From: a virus | Lineage: Duplodnaviria; Caudoviricetes | Direction: 5' to 3' (one strand) | Length of the DNA stretch: 64,000 nt | Virus record (IMG/VR): IMGVR_UViG_2841481002_000004 | Span: 61 to 64,060 of that record | Part shown: piece by piece, positions 54,866-63,633 of the stretch | Layout of the letters: each line of letters opens with the position of its first letter | Position numbering within the stretch: position 1 is the first letter of the stretch | Made by a program: the position numbers and the translations under genes | The notes under the pieces: generated by a model | Told to the model about the DNA's origin: nothing | Seen by the model: the letters and a program-made list of their open reading frames with translations, nothing else | Databases searched by the model: none

Positions 54866-55573
54866 TCACCACGGTACGTCAATCGCTTCGTCGAAGGACG
54901 GCTGCGGAGCACCGGCCTCGGCCTCCCTGCGCACCTGGTCGCTGGCGACGAGAAGGAGGGTCGCGCAGAAACCCAGCAGCTTAAACCAACGGGATAGCAT
55001 TTCTGCTCGCGCTGCCGTGGTGGCATCTTGGAATATGGACTGCTTCCAGTCGTCAAGAACTTGACGCCTCACGTCTGAAAGCAGATCGTAACCTCTGGCT
55101 ATCCTTTGAGCGCACCTTCCGGGAAGGGGTAGCAGCGCGCACAGGTCTTCCGATGTGGGCTCGAATATCGGCTCCCGCAGTGATTCGCAAAGTCGCTGGA
55201 ATTCCTGCCCCTGATTTTCTCTTGCACTGGCAAATGGGTCATCGAACCCAAACAACTGGAATGTCCGGTTAAGCGTCTTTGCTGCGTATGTCAACCGGAC
55301 ACCCAACCGGGCTGCGTGAAGCTGTGCACGTAAACGTTCTTCATCTCGTCGGTTCCTGGTTTCCTTTTGGGAAAGATAGAGCGCGGCGACTACCGCCGCC
55401 CAAGTCCCGACCGCAGAAAGCGTTTCGACCAACTTTATCTCGGTGGTAACGCTGGGTAAAAGAGCCCTGATGGGGCCCCACCCCGGATAGATCGCCAACA
55501 CAAGTCCACCAAACAGCACTGCCAATACAGCCATTCCGACGACAGCGCCCCACGTACCCAATTCTTCTTTCAT
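54866..55573 (-). CDS. Two-TM membrane protein (moron, lower GC)
   Basis: AGGAG RBS; two N-terminal hydrophobic helices; opposite strand to the early operon. Confidence 0.7.
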   Translation of the reverse strand: MKEELGTWGAVVGMAVLAVLFGGLVLAIYPGWGPIRALLPSVTTEIKLVETLSAVGTWAAVVAALYLSQKETRNRRDEERLRAQLHAARLGVRLTYAAKTLNRTFQLFGFDDPFASARENQGQEFQRLCESLREPIFEPTSEDLCALLPLPGRCAQRIARGYDLLSDVRRQVLDDWKQSIFQDATTAARAEMLSRWFKLLGFCATLLLVASDQVRREAEAGAPQPSFDEAIDVPW

Positions 55574-55609
55574 AGCTCCTCCAACAGAGGAGCAAATCGT
55601 AGCAACCCC

Positions 55610-55651
55610 AGGCCCGCCGCCCACAGCCGCGGGCCTTTTTCGTTTCTGGAG
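55610..55651 (+). terminator. Terminator-RBS repeat unit
   Basis: AGGCCCGC-loop-GCGGGCCT-TTTTCGTTTCTGGAG. Confidence 0.7.
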
Positions 55652-55731
55652 CCCCATGTCCCGAGCCCCACCGGCCCGCCGAGGGCCGAGGCCTGCCCTG
55701 CGGGCACTGATCCACACCACAGGAGTCCACC

Positions 55732-56487
55732 ATGGTCCGCATCGTTTGCCAATTCAGTTGCGGCGCGGCTTCGGCCGTAGCCACGAAGATCGCGCTCGCC
55801 CAGTACGGCGCCAGCCACGAGGTGCACATCCTGAACGCGTACGTCCAGGAGGAGCACCCGGACAACCGCCGCTTCCTGGCTGACTGCGAACGCTGGTTCG
55901 GCCGGGCCATCACGGTGCTGCGCAACGAGAGATACGGCGCGTCCGTGATCGAAGTCTTCCGCCGCAAGCAGTTCATGAAATCGCGGTACGGCGCGCCCTG
56001 CACGGCAGAGCTGAAGCGCAAGTTGCTCGACTCCTGGCGCCAGCCGGGGGACGTGATGGTCTTCGGCTACACGGCCGAGGAGGAAGACCGCCTCGAAGAC
56101 TTCCGAGAGCGGAACCCGGACAAGACTGTGGTCGCGCCGCTCATCGAACGCGGGCTGGGCAAGAAAGATTGCCTGGCCATGGTCGAGCGCGCGGGTATCG
56201 AGTTGCCGACGATGTACCGCCTTGGCTACTCCAACGCCAACTGCATCGGCTGCGTGAAGGGTGGCGAGGGCTACTTCCGCGCCATCCGCGAGGACTTCCC
56301 CGAGGAGTTCGAGCGGCTTTGCCAAGTGCAGGAAAGCATCGGCCCAGGCGCCTACCTGTTCCGCGATCGCAAAACGGGCGTGCGCTACAGCCTGCGCGAC
56401 ATACCTCCCGGCAAAGCGCGGCGCGACCTATCACCCCCGGCTTGCGGGCTGCAGTGCGAGATCACGGAGCAGGAATATGCCGCGTGA
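55732..56487 (+). CDS. PAPS-reductase-like (HUP/PP-loop) phage protein
   Basis: VCQFSCGAASAVA..EEHPDNRRF..CTAELK..MYRLGYSNANCIGCVKGG..CG. Confidence 0.7.
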   Translation: MVRIVCQFSCGAASAVATKIALAQYGASHEVHILNAYVQEEHPDNRRFLADCERWFGRAITVLRNERYGASVIEVFRRKQFMKSRYGAPCTAELKRKLLDSWRQPGDVMVFGYTAEEEDRLEDFRERNPDKTVVAPLIERGLGKKDCLAMVERAGIELPTMYRLGYSNANCIGCVKGGEGYFRAIREDFPEEFERLCQVQESIGPGAYLFRDRKTGVRYSLRDIPPGKARRDLSPPACGLQCEITEQEYAA

Positions 56488-56791
56488 CCACAGCACACCA
56501 ATTCCTGATCACATCGAGCGAGTCACAAGTCCAACGCAGGAAGCGGAGAAGGACTGGGCCACGGCGGCCAGGAACTACCGGGAGCACCACTTCAACTGCT
56601 CCACCTGCTGTGGCGCAGGACCGTCCCAGGGCACTCGCCCTCGCTGCGCCGAAGGCCAAGCGCTTTGGGATGCCTACAACGCTGCCGGCATGCCGGCCTT
56701 TCTCCAACCTCGCGCCCGCCCTGGGCAGAAAGCACTTCATGCACTTCCGGAAAGACAACAACGCCGCAGCGGTACTCACTCCCGGAATTGA
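56477..56791 (+). CDS. Small Cys/His-rich protein
   Basis: YREHHFNCSTCCGAG..RCAEGQALW. Confidence 0.55.
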   Translation: MPRDHSTPIPDHIERVTSPTQEAEKDWATAARNYREHHFNCSTCCGAGPSQGTRPRCAEGQALWDAYNAAGMPAFLQPRARPGQKALHALPERQQRRSGTHSRN

Positions 56792-56860
56792 CTGCCCGAC
56801 GCACCTGCCCGACGCGAGGGTTGCTCCAACACCGGTCGCGCCCTCCGTGAAAGCCACCGT

Positions 56861-57784
56861 ATGAAGGCGGCCGACCTCTTCGCCGGGGCCGGCGGATTCT
56901 CCACAGGCGCGCGCCTTGCAGGTGTGCCGGTGGTGTGGGCGGCGAACCACTGGCCGGCAGCCGTGCAGGTACACGCGCGCAACCATCCGACCACCATCCA
57001 TGCCTGCCAAGATCTGCAGCAGGCGAACTGGGCCATGGTGCCGGCGCACGATTTGCTGCTGGCGTCGCCGTGCTGCCAGGGCCACAGCGATGCACGCGGC
57101 AAGACCGCGGGCAACCCGCAGCATGACGCAAGCCGCGCCACGGCCTGGGCCGTGGTCAGCGCGTTGGAGTTCCATCGACCAGCGGCAGCGGTGGTGGAGA
57201 ACGTCCCCGAGTTCCTGAAATGGAAGCTGTTTCCCGCCTGGGCCCATGCCATGCAGGCGATGGGCTACGCGCTCCAGCCGCACATGATCGATGCCGCGGA
57301 CCATGGCGTCCCGCAGAACCGCGTGCGTATGTTCTTGGTGGCCACTCGCAGCAAGGCCCCGCTGCTGCTGAACCTGCCGCGCCGCGATCACGTGGGAGCA
57401 AGCCACTTCATCGATTTCAATGCCGGGAAGTGGTCCCCGATCCGCAAACCCGGCCGAAGTGCCGCGACCCTGCGCCGCATCTTCCAGGGCCGCCGCGATC
57501 TGCAGTGCGGCCGGTTCCTGATCCCTTACTACGGCAGCGGATCGGGCCTCACTGGCCGCAGCCTCGCCCGCCCCATCGGGACGATCACCACATTGGACCG
57601 CTGGGCTGTGGTGCGCGGGGGTTGCATGCGCATGTTGAGTCGCCGCGAAGCCCAGGCCGCCATGGGGTTTCCCGACGACTACCTGCTACCGGAGAGCCAC
57701 AAGGAAGCGCTGCACATGCTGGGCAATGCCGTGTGCCCACCGGTCGCGGCCGATGTCATCAACGCACTGAAAGAGCAAGCATGA
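56861..57784 (+). CDS. C5-cytosine DNA methyltransferase
   Basis: DLFAGAGG (I), SPCCQGHS (IV), VVENV (VI), PQNRVR (VIII), LGNAV (X). Confidence 0.92.
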   Translation: MKAADLFAGAGGFSTGARLAGVPVVWAANHWPAAVQVHARNHPTTIHACQDLQQANWAMVPAHDLLLASPCCQGHSDARGKTAGNPQHDASRATAWAVVSALEFHRPAAAVVENVPEFLKWKLFPAWAHAMQAMGYALQPHMIDAADHGVPQNRVRMFLVATRSKAPLLLNLPRRDHVGASHFIDFNAGKWSPIRKPGRSAATLRRIFQGRRDLQCGRFLIPYYGSGSGLTGRSLARPIGTITTLDRWAVVRGGCMRMLSRREAQAAMGFPDDYLLPESHKEALHMLGNAVCPPVAADVINALKEQA

Positions 57785-57999
57785 ACATCACCACCGCCGG
57801 CAGTTTCCGCTGGACGCGCGCCAAGTACAAGCGAGCCTCTCACCTTGCGCGGCTGCTGCCGCATATGCCCGGCTGGCGCAGCACACCGCCACTGCTTGTG
57901 CAGCGCTATTTCGATCTGCAAGAGCAGTACCCGCAACGCACCGACCCGTTGACGGTCCCGCTCCGCTGGCGCCACCCCTCTGACGACGTACCTTTCTGA
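57781..57999 (+). CDS. Small hypothetical protein (72 aa)
   Basis: ATGA-coupled; ends DDVPF. Confidence 0.5.
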   Translation: MNITTAGSFRWTRAKYKRASHLARLLPHMPGWRSTPPLLVQRYFDLQEQYPQRTDPLTVPLRWRHPSDDVPF

Positions 58000-58008
58000 A
58001 GGATCACC

Positions 58009-58512
58009 ATGACCAACGACGCGGCCACGCGGCCCGTGCTCGATCCGTGCTGCGGCAGCCGGATGATGTATTTCGACCGGGCCGACCCACGGGTGGTCTT
58101 CGGCGACTGCCGCCGCGAGACGCTGACCGTGACGGACCGCTCGCACCGCGACGACGGCACGCGCACGCTGCACATCGAGCCGGACTTCCTCATGGACTTC
58201 CGCGCGCTGCCTTTCTCAGATGCCGCCTTCCGCCTGGTGTCGTTCGACCCGCCGCACCTCGTGCGTGCCGGCCCGCGATCCTGGCTCGCCGCCAAGTACG
58301 GAAAGCTCGGGCCCGACTGGCGCGAGGACATCCGGCAGGGCTTCGCCGAATGCTGGCGGGTCCTCGCTCGCGGCGGCACGCTCATTTTCAAGTGGAACGA
58401 GACGCAGGTCCCGATTTCCGAACTCCAACCCCTTTTCCCCGCGCGGCCCCTGTTCGGACATCGCTCCGGTCGGCGAGGCCTCACGCACTGGATCGTCTTC
58501 TTCAGGGAGTGA
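58009..58512 (+). CDS. Small SAM-dependent (amino-)methyltransferase
   Basis: VLDPCCGSRMMYFD..DFRALPF..VSFDPPHL..GFAECWRVL..LIFKWNETQ. Confidence 0.85.
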   Translation: MTNDAATRPVLDPCCGSRMMYFDRADPRVVFGDCRRETLTVTDRSHRDDGTRTLHIEPDFLMDFRALPFSDAAFRLVSFDPPHLVRAGPRSWLAAKYGKLGPDWREDIRQGFAECWRVLARGGTLIFKWNETQVPISELQPLFPARPLFGHRSGRRGLTHWIVFFRE

Positions 58513-58515
58513 ACC

Positions 58516-58785
58516 ATGACCGAGAACACCACCACGGCCGCCGCGCCCGTGAACGCAGTCCAGGCCGACGGCATCCGCCACCAAATGCCCATGATCCGCG
58601 TGGCCTGCATCGAGCTGGACGGCATCACCCTGACCGTGCCGGTGGCGGATCTGGCGCAGCACATCGAGAGCCTGGACGACAGCAAGGCGGATCACGAGGG
58701 CGACGAGAGCCCTGCCTACCGCCTCACCTTCAAAACCATGCTGCTGCGCGACTACTACGCGCTGGGAGAATTCGATGGCTTCTGA
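58516..58785 (+). CDS. Hypothetical protein (89 aa)
   Basis: GGGAG RBS; coupled to the next ORF. Confidence 0.55.
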   Translation: MTENTTTAAAPVNAVQADGIRHQMPMIRVACIELDGITLTVPVADLAQHIESLDDSKADHEGDESPAYRLTFKTMLLRDYYALGEFDGF

Positions 58786-60070
58786 CGCCCGCACCACGTC
58801 CGCCCCGGCGGCAACCCCCGACCTGCAGACGGTCGTGAAGTACCTGTGCGGCGAAGGCCCGCTTTGCGGCGTCTGGTTTGGCGATGGCCCGCCGGCTGGC
58901 GAGAAGGGTAGCTTCTGGTGGCGCCACTACCTCCGCGCCGCTCTCGCAGCACCGGCCGCCCAGGAGGCCGAGCCCGAGATGGCGACGCCGTGCGGCGCTG
59001 ATACGCATCTCGCCGCCCTGAAGACTTACGAGCCTGATGTCGTGATCAAGGAAGACCGGGGGCGGCTCAAGGCTACCGGTGCAGCGATGGCACAGAAGGA
59101 GGGAGGCCAGTGGGTCAGGCTGTCCGATGTGCGCGCCGCACTTATCGCACCGGCCGCCCAGGAGGCCGAGCCCGCCGGCATCCGACTCCTCTCCGATCCC
59201 GAGATCCAAGAGGCGTACATGGAAGCGTGCCGCCGCACGGACGCAACGCTGGGCATCCAACCAGAATCCTCCGCTACGGGCCGGAATGTGCGTGCGGAGC
59301 ACTTGCTCCACATCGGCAGGGCCTTCGAGGAGGCCGTGTTCCGGAAACTGCGCCCCTGGCTGGACGCTGCTCCGCGCCCCCAGGCGGATGCGGGAGCAGT
59401 GCCCGAAGACCTTGCCTACCTGATCAATGATCTGGATGAACTGGCATCTGATCTGATGTACGAAGGCAACCAAGCCATGAGCGCGGAAATGTGCTCGCGG
59501 GCCGCGCTCATCGATCGAGGGGTGAGGTCGCTCCGTTCGCTCGCCGCCGCGTCCCAGGCACCCGCCGCAGCAGTGGCGCCGGCCGAGGCGGTGCACAAAG
59601 CTGCCGTGGATCACGCGCATGAGATCCTGGGGAGACTGCTGTACCACCGTGACGGCGACTATTTCGTCAACGTCAACCGGGCGGGCGCCGAAGCGATGCA
59701 CGTCAGCACGGTATCGACCATCGTCCATGCAGCACTGATCGGTGCCGCCGCCCCCACTCAGGAGGCAGAGGACGGGCTGACCCAAGCCGCGCGCGACGTG
59801 CTGGCCGAGCGCCGCCGGCAGGTGGAGGCCGAGGGCTGGACATCGGAGCACGACGATCAGTACCCGCCCGGCACGATGGCGCGCGCGGCCGGCTGCTACG
59901 CAACGATCAACACCTACCCAACGCCGACGATGTGGCCGTGGGCTCCGGAGTGGTGGAAGCCGCGCGACGACCGAAGCAACTATGTTCGCGCCGCCGCGCT
60001 GCTGATCGCCGAACTGGAGAGCCTTGACCGGGCCGCCGCCCGCGCGCGGCAGGAAGGCGGTGGAGCATGA
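58775..60070 (+). CDS. Mosaic early protein with repeated linkers
   Basis: APAAQEAEP twice; C-terminal ARDVLAERRRQVEAEGWT..HDD..WPWAPEWWKP..NYVRAAALLIAELE module. Confidence 0.7.
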   Translation: MASDARTTSAPAATPDLQTVVKYLCGEGPLCGVWFGDGPPAGEKGSFWWRHYLRAALAAPAAQEAEPEMATPCGADTHLAALKTYEPDVVIKEDRGRLKATGAAMAQKEGGQWVRLSDVRAALIAPAAQEAEPAGIRLLSDPEIQEAYMEACRRTDATLGIQPESSATGRNVRAEHLLHIGRAFEEAVFRKLRPWLDAAPRPQADAGAVPEDLAYLINDLDELASDLMYEGNQAMSAEMCSRAALIDRGVRSLRSLAAASQAPAAAVAPAEAVHKAAVDHAHEILGRLLYHRDGDYFVNVNRAGAEAMHVSTVSTIVHAALIGAAAPTQEAEDGLTQAARDVLAERRRQVEAEGWTSEHDDQYPPGTMARAAGCYATINTYPTPTMWPWAPEWWKPRDDRSNYVRAAALLIAELESLDRAAARARQEGGGA

Positions 60071-60573
60071 GCGCCGTCCTCTCCCCGTGCGGCCTGTACC
60101 GCTACCGCCTAGAGCGCCAGATAGCCATGGACGGGCCGGTGTATGCCTTCTTCGGCATCAACCCCAGCACGGCCGATGCGAACCTGGACGACGCTACCGT
60201 CCGCAAGTGGATCGGGTTCTGCAAGCGCTGGGGCGCGTCCCGCTTGGTGGTAGGCAACGTGTGGCCACTTCGTTCCACCGATGTGCGGGCGCTAGCCTCG
60301 GCAACCCGCTGGCTGGACGTGGGCCGCGAGAACCAGCGCCACGTCCTCGCGATGGCCGCCGAGGCCGACGTGCTGGTGCCTTGCTGGGGCGACCGCGGGA
60401 AGGTGCCGCGCGCCATGCACAACGAACTGGATGAACTGCTGTCGCTGCTGCGCGGCACGGGCAAGCCGGTTCGGCACTTCGGTCTGACGAAGGGCGGCGA
60501 TCCGAAACACCCGCTCATGCTCGGGTACGACACACAACTGGCCGAATGGCCGCAGGAAGGAGGGATGGCATGA
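60067..60573 (+). CDS. DUF1643 domain protein
   Basis: SPCGLYRYRLER..GINPSTADANLDDATVRK..CWG..TKGGDPKHPL. Confidence 0.85.
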   Translation: MSAVLSPCGLYRYRLERQIAMDGPVYAFFGINPSTADANLDDATVRKWIGFCKRWGASRLVVGNVWPLRSTDVRALASATRWLDVGRENQRHVLAMAAEADVLVPCWGDRGKVPRAMHNELDELLSLLRGTGKPVRHFGLTKGGDPKHPLMLGYDTQLAEWPQEGGMA

Positions 60574-61097
60574 GCCGCAGCGGATACACCGACGACTACG
60601 ACGAGGACGGCACAGGTGGGCTCTGGCGTGGTGCCGTCGCCCGCTCCCTTGCTGGCAAGCGTGGGCAGGCGGCCCTGCGCGAGATCCTCACCGCCCTCGA
60701 TGCTATGCCCGAGAAAGCCCTGATCGGCGAATCTCTGGTCACGGCAGATGGCGAGTTCTGCACGCTCGGCGTGCTCGGCCAGGCCCGGGGGCTCGACATA
60801 CGCACTGTGGACCCGGAGGACTGGGAAGCGGTGGCCTCACTGTTTGGCATCGCGCCGGCCATGGCCCGGGAGATCGCTTTCGAGAACGACGAGGGCGTCG
60901 ATACCCACCGATGGGTGGACGTGGAGATCTGCGGGCCGATGCCGCCTCACCACTTCCGGAACCCCTACGGCTATGAGCGTCACCGGCGCACTGTGTGCTT
61001 GACGATTGACCACGCCGAGGTCGCCCGAAGTCGATGGACCCACATGCGCGCCTGGGTCGCGAGCCAGATTAAGGATGGAGCCCAGCATGAGCGCTGA
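60570..61097 (+). CDS. Conserved hypothetical phage protein
   Basis: MSRSGYTDD..LWRGAVARSLAGKRGQAALRE..FCTLGVLG..AREIAFEND..RWTHMRAWV. Confidence 0.75.
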   Translation: MSRSGYTDDYDEDGTGGLWRGAVARSLAGKRGQAALREILTALDAMPEKALIGESLVTADGEFCTLGVLGQARGLDIRTVDPEDWEAVASLFGIAPAMAREIAFENDEGVDTHRWVDVEICGPMPPHHFRNPYGYERHRRTVCLTIDHAEVARSRWTHMRAWVASQIKDGAQHER

Positions 61098-61452
61098 CAC
61101 CACCGACAACATCCGCATGTTTCCAGGCGCCGAGGTGCCAGAGCAGACCTTGAACCTGGTGCGCGAACCGTTCGGCTACTGCGCCCACGACAAGATCAGC
61201 CTGAACGAGCATTCACGGACGGTGCTGTGCGCGAAGTGCAACAAGGTCTTCGACCCGTTCGACTTCCTCAAGAACGAGGTGCGCCGCATCCAGCTTGCAT
61301 GGGATGACCACCGGCACGTACGGCAGAAGGTATCTGAAGGTCTGGAGCGAGTGGAGGCGCTGAAACGCGAAGAGGCGCGCCTGAAAGGCCGAATCAAGAC
61401 CGCGAAGGCGAAAGTCGAAACCGTTATTGACGTGAGGAACAGATCGCTATGA
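61087..61452 (+). CDS. Zinc-binding hypothetical protein
   Basis: YCAHDKI..VLCAKCNKVFDPFDFL. Confidence 0.7.
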   Translation: MSADTTDNIRMFPGAEVPEQTLNLVREPFGYCAHDKISLNEHSRTVLCAKCNKVFDPFDFLKNEVRRIQLAWDDHRHVRQKVSEGLERVEALKREEARLKGRIKTAKAKVETVIDVRNRSL

Positions 61453-61865
61453 GCGCTGACACCACCCCGGGCCTGGAGGCCGAGCGCGCGGCGTTCGAGG
61501 CGGTGTTCTCCGCGCCACCCTATGAATTCGACATGATGCGGCATCCGGAGAATTCCGCCTGGCCGGGGAATTACTTGAGCTACCACGTCCACTGCGCCTG
61601 GGATGCATGGCAAGAGGGCCGCCGCGCCCCCACTCAAGATGCAGACGGGTGGATGCCGATCGAAACGGCGCCAAAGGACGGTACGCCTGTGCTTTTGCGC
61701 AGCCGAAAGGGGCGAGTCGCAGACGGAGCGTGGATTACAGCAACTTCTAATTGCGGCGGGTGGGCCTGGCCATACGTACTTCTGGAGCCTGTCGAGTGGC
61801 GCAAGCTGCCCGACGAAGCCCTGGCCCACTGGGGCGCTCCTGCCGCCACCGGCATCAAGCCATGA
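61449..61865 (+). CDS. DUF551-like early protein
   Basis: ERAAFEA..CAWDAWQE..WMPIETAPKDGTPVLL. Confidence 0.7.
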   Translation: MSADTTPGLEAERAAFEAVFSAPPYEFDMMRHPENSAWPGNYLSYHVHCAWDAWQEGRRAPTQDADGWMPIETAPKDGTPVLLRSRKGRVADGAWITATSNCGGWAWPYVLLEPVEWRKLPDEALAHWGAPAATGIKP

Positions 61866-62059
61866 AGAGACCCACCAAAGGCCGCCCAGCGCGCCTCACC
61901 TTCGCCGACCTGGCCACTGTGCACTGCATGGTGTGCGACAGGGACAAGCCGGCCGAGGGCGCCCGGCCCTTCCGGGCCTGCCACGTCTGCGCGGACTGCG
62001 TGCGCCTGGTCAGCCAGCGCGCCGCGGCCCGGGCCAATGCGCCAGCCCCGCCGGGATAG
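61862..62059 (+). CDS. Small zinc-finger protein (65 aa)
   Basis: HCMVCDRD..CHVCADC; ATGA-coupled. Confidence 0.6.
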   Translation: MKRPTKGRPARLTFADLATVHCMVCDRDKPAEGARPFRACHVCADCVRLVSQRAAARANAPAPPG

Positions 62060-62080
62060 CCCCGGCACACCAACAACCCC

Positions 62081-62116
62081 AGCCCGCCATCTTGGCGGGC
62101 TTTCATTTTTCTGGAG
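62081..62116 (+). terminator. Terminator-RBS repeat unit before xis
   Basis: AGCCCGCCA-TCT-TGGCGGGCT-TTCATTTTTCTGGAG. Confidence 0.7.
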
Positions 62117-62122
62117 GTGTCA

Positions 62123-62415
62123 ATGGCACAAACAGACCCCGCAATAGAGAACGAAGAACCCACGGCGGACGTCAAGCAAGCGGCACGAATCCTGAGGGTC
62201 CACCCCAAAACAGTATTGAAGATGATCGATGACGGAAAGCTCGCAGCCGGCAAGCTCGGCCGGGGTGGGTGATGGTGCGGGCGGAAGTCGTCGCGTACGC
62301 GTTCAGGGAGATCTACGAGCAGACAAAAAAACGGACTGGCGGTGACGCCTCACCAAAGCCGATCCGCAAGCGTCGATCCTCGAAGATTGGCGTAGCGCAT
62401 CATCATCCGATGTGA
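62123..62415 (+). pseudogene. xis: Excisionase (MerR-like HTH), frameshifted
   Basis: DVKQAARILRVHPKTVLKMIDDGKLAAGKLGR then stop at 62270; one extra G at 62262-62265 restores GRGWVMVRAEVVAY (97 aa). Confidence 0.75.
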
Positions 62416-63480
62416 TTTGTGACCCGTGATCTTCATGATTTCGGTCTCTGACAACACTGTCTTCTCAAACAAACGGCTTGTGGCCTCGTGCCGCAAGTCG
62501 TGGAATTTCAAGTCCTCGGCGCCGGCTTGCTCGAAGATGTCAATAAAGAGCTTCGAAAGATAGTCGCTGACATCTGGCAACGACGCCTGGTCTCCGTCCC
62601 AGAATGGGAATACCAATGCATCGGGCCTGGGGTGGGCTCCGTGCACGATCAAGATATACCCCTTCAACTCTGCCAAAGCGACGGAGCTGAGCGGAACCTG
62701 CCGCTTGTCTCCGTTCTTGGTCTTGTCCAAAAACACCGTCCTCGCGACCAGGTCAATCTGGGCGATGGTCAGCGTGTAAAGCTCACGAAGGCGCATCGCC
62801 GACTCCACGGCAACGACAAGAAGACAGCGCAGTGCCAGAGGGTACGGCAGCGTCATCGGTCGCACCTTCCGCGCCAACACTCCCCCCTCGATCACAGCCA
62901 GTGACCTTTCCAGTTCGTCGCCTTCCAACCGGCGATCACGCTCCACATCCTCGCGTTTCACGCCTGCGGCGGCCTCGTCGGCCTTCGTGTACTGGGAGTA
63001 GCCTTCTGGCAGCGTGCGCAGCGGATGGTCTGGCATGCTCAGGAGCTTCTTTCGCATCCCCCAATCACAGCACCGCGCCAATGCTCCCACCTTCGCACGA
63101 ATGGTCGCTGGCGCGACCTTGTCAACTCGCTTCATCTCGCTGATCCACCCATCAACCCAGTCGGTATCCATATCCGTCAACCGTGTAGCGCCCCGTGCGG
63201 CCACGATAGTGCGCAAGGCCGCACGGTCCTTTTCGGATGGGTGAGCATCGTCCTCATAGAGGGCGACCAATTCGCGCAAAGTAGTGACCTTCGTGGCCGG
63301 CGCTTCGGTCTGCAGTTCTGGCGGCAGGATCTTGCGCGCGAGCAGCGCATCCACCCGCGCGGCATACCGGTCTCCCTCCTCCTCGGAATCGAAGGTGAGG
63401 TACACAGGCTTGTCCAGCACGCCCTTGCGCTTGAAGGTGTACTGCCATGTGCCGTTCGGGAATTGCTTCTTACCTGCCAT
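62350..63480 (-). CDS. int: Tyrosine integrase
   Basis: ESAMRLRELY (R), KTKNG (K), FHDLRHEA (H-x-x-R), ITGHKSHRMMMRY (H/Y). Confidence 0.95.
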   Translation of the reverse strand: MAGKKQFPNGTWQYTFKRKGVLDKPVYLTFDSEEEGDRYAARVDALLARKILPPELQTEAPATKVTTLRELVALYEDDAHPSEKDRAALRTIVAARGATRLTDMDTDWVDGWISEMKRVDKVAPATIRAKVGALARCCDWGMRKKLLSMPDHPLRTLPEGYSQYTKADEAAAGVKREDVERDRRLEGDELERSLAVIEGGVLARKVRPMTLPYPLALRCLLVVAVESAMRLRELYTLTIAQIDLVARTVFLDKTKNGDKRQVPLSSVALAELKGYILIVHGAHPRPDALVFPFWDGDQASLPDVSDYLSKLFIDIFEQAGAEDLKFHDLRHEATSRLFEKTVLSETEIMKITGHKSHRMMMRYANLRGSTLADRLW

Positions 63481-63581
63481 GGGCTCGATGCTACGCCCTT
63501 TCGGGAGTTCGATCGGCTGGTAGGCGCCTCTTTGTAGTCGGTGGTGGCTCTTCTAGGCTCTTCAAACGGTAGGTAAAGAGA

Positions 63582-63615
63582 CAAAGAAAAAGGGCCTGGA
63601 TTTCTCCAAGCCCTT
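63582..63615 (-). terminator. Terminator downstream of the tRNA, in the att region
   Basis: Minus strand AAGGGCTTGG-AGAAAT-CCAGGCCCTT-TTTCTTT. Confidence 0.65.
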
Positions 63616-63633
63616 GATTTTATTAGGTTCTAC

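Larger units (their letters stand above)
1..63633. mobile_element. Temperate podovirus-like prophage (F116/H66-like gene order) integrated at tRNA-Val; left boundary outside the window
   Basis: Contiguous integrase, cI/cro, replication, terminase, portal, capsid, ejection and lysis modules; integrase abuts the tRNA 3' end; no tape measure or tail tube recognised. Confidence 0.93.

Noticed and set aside
54638-54997. Short ORFs after the ASCH gene (54638-54757, 54755-54997)
   Set aside because: No motifs, and the second overlaps the antisense moron; coding status unsupported
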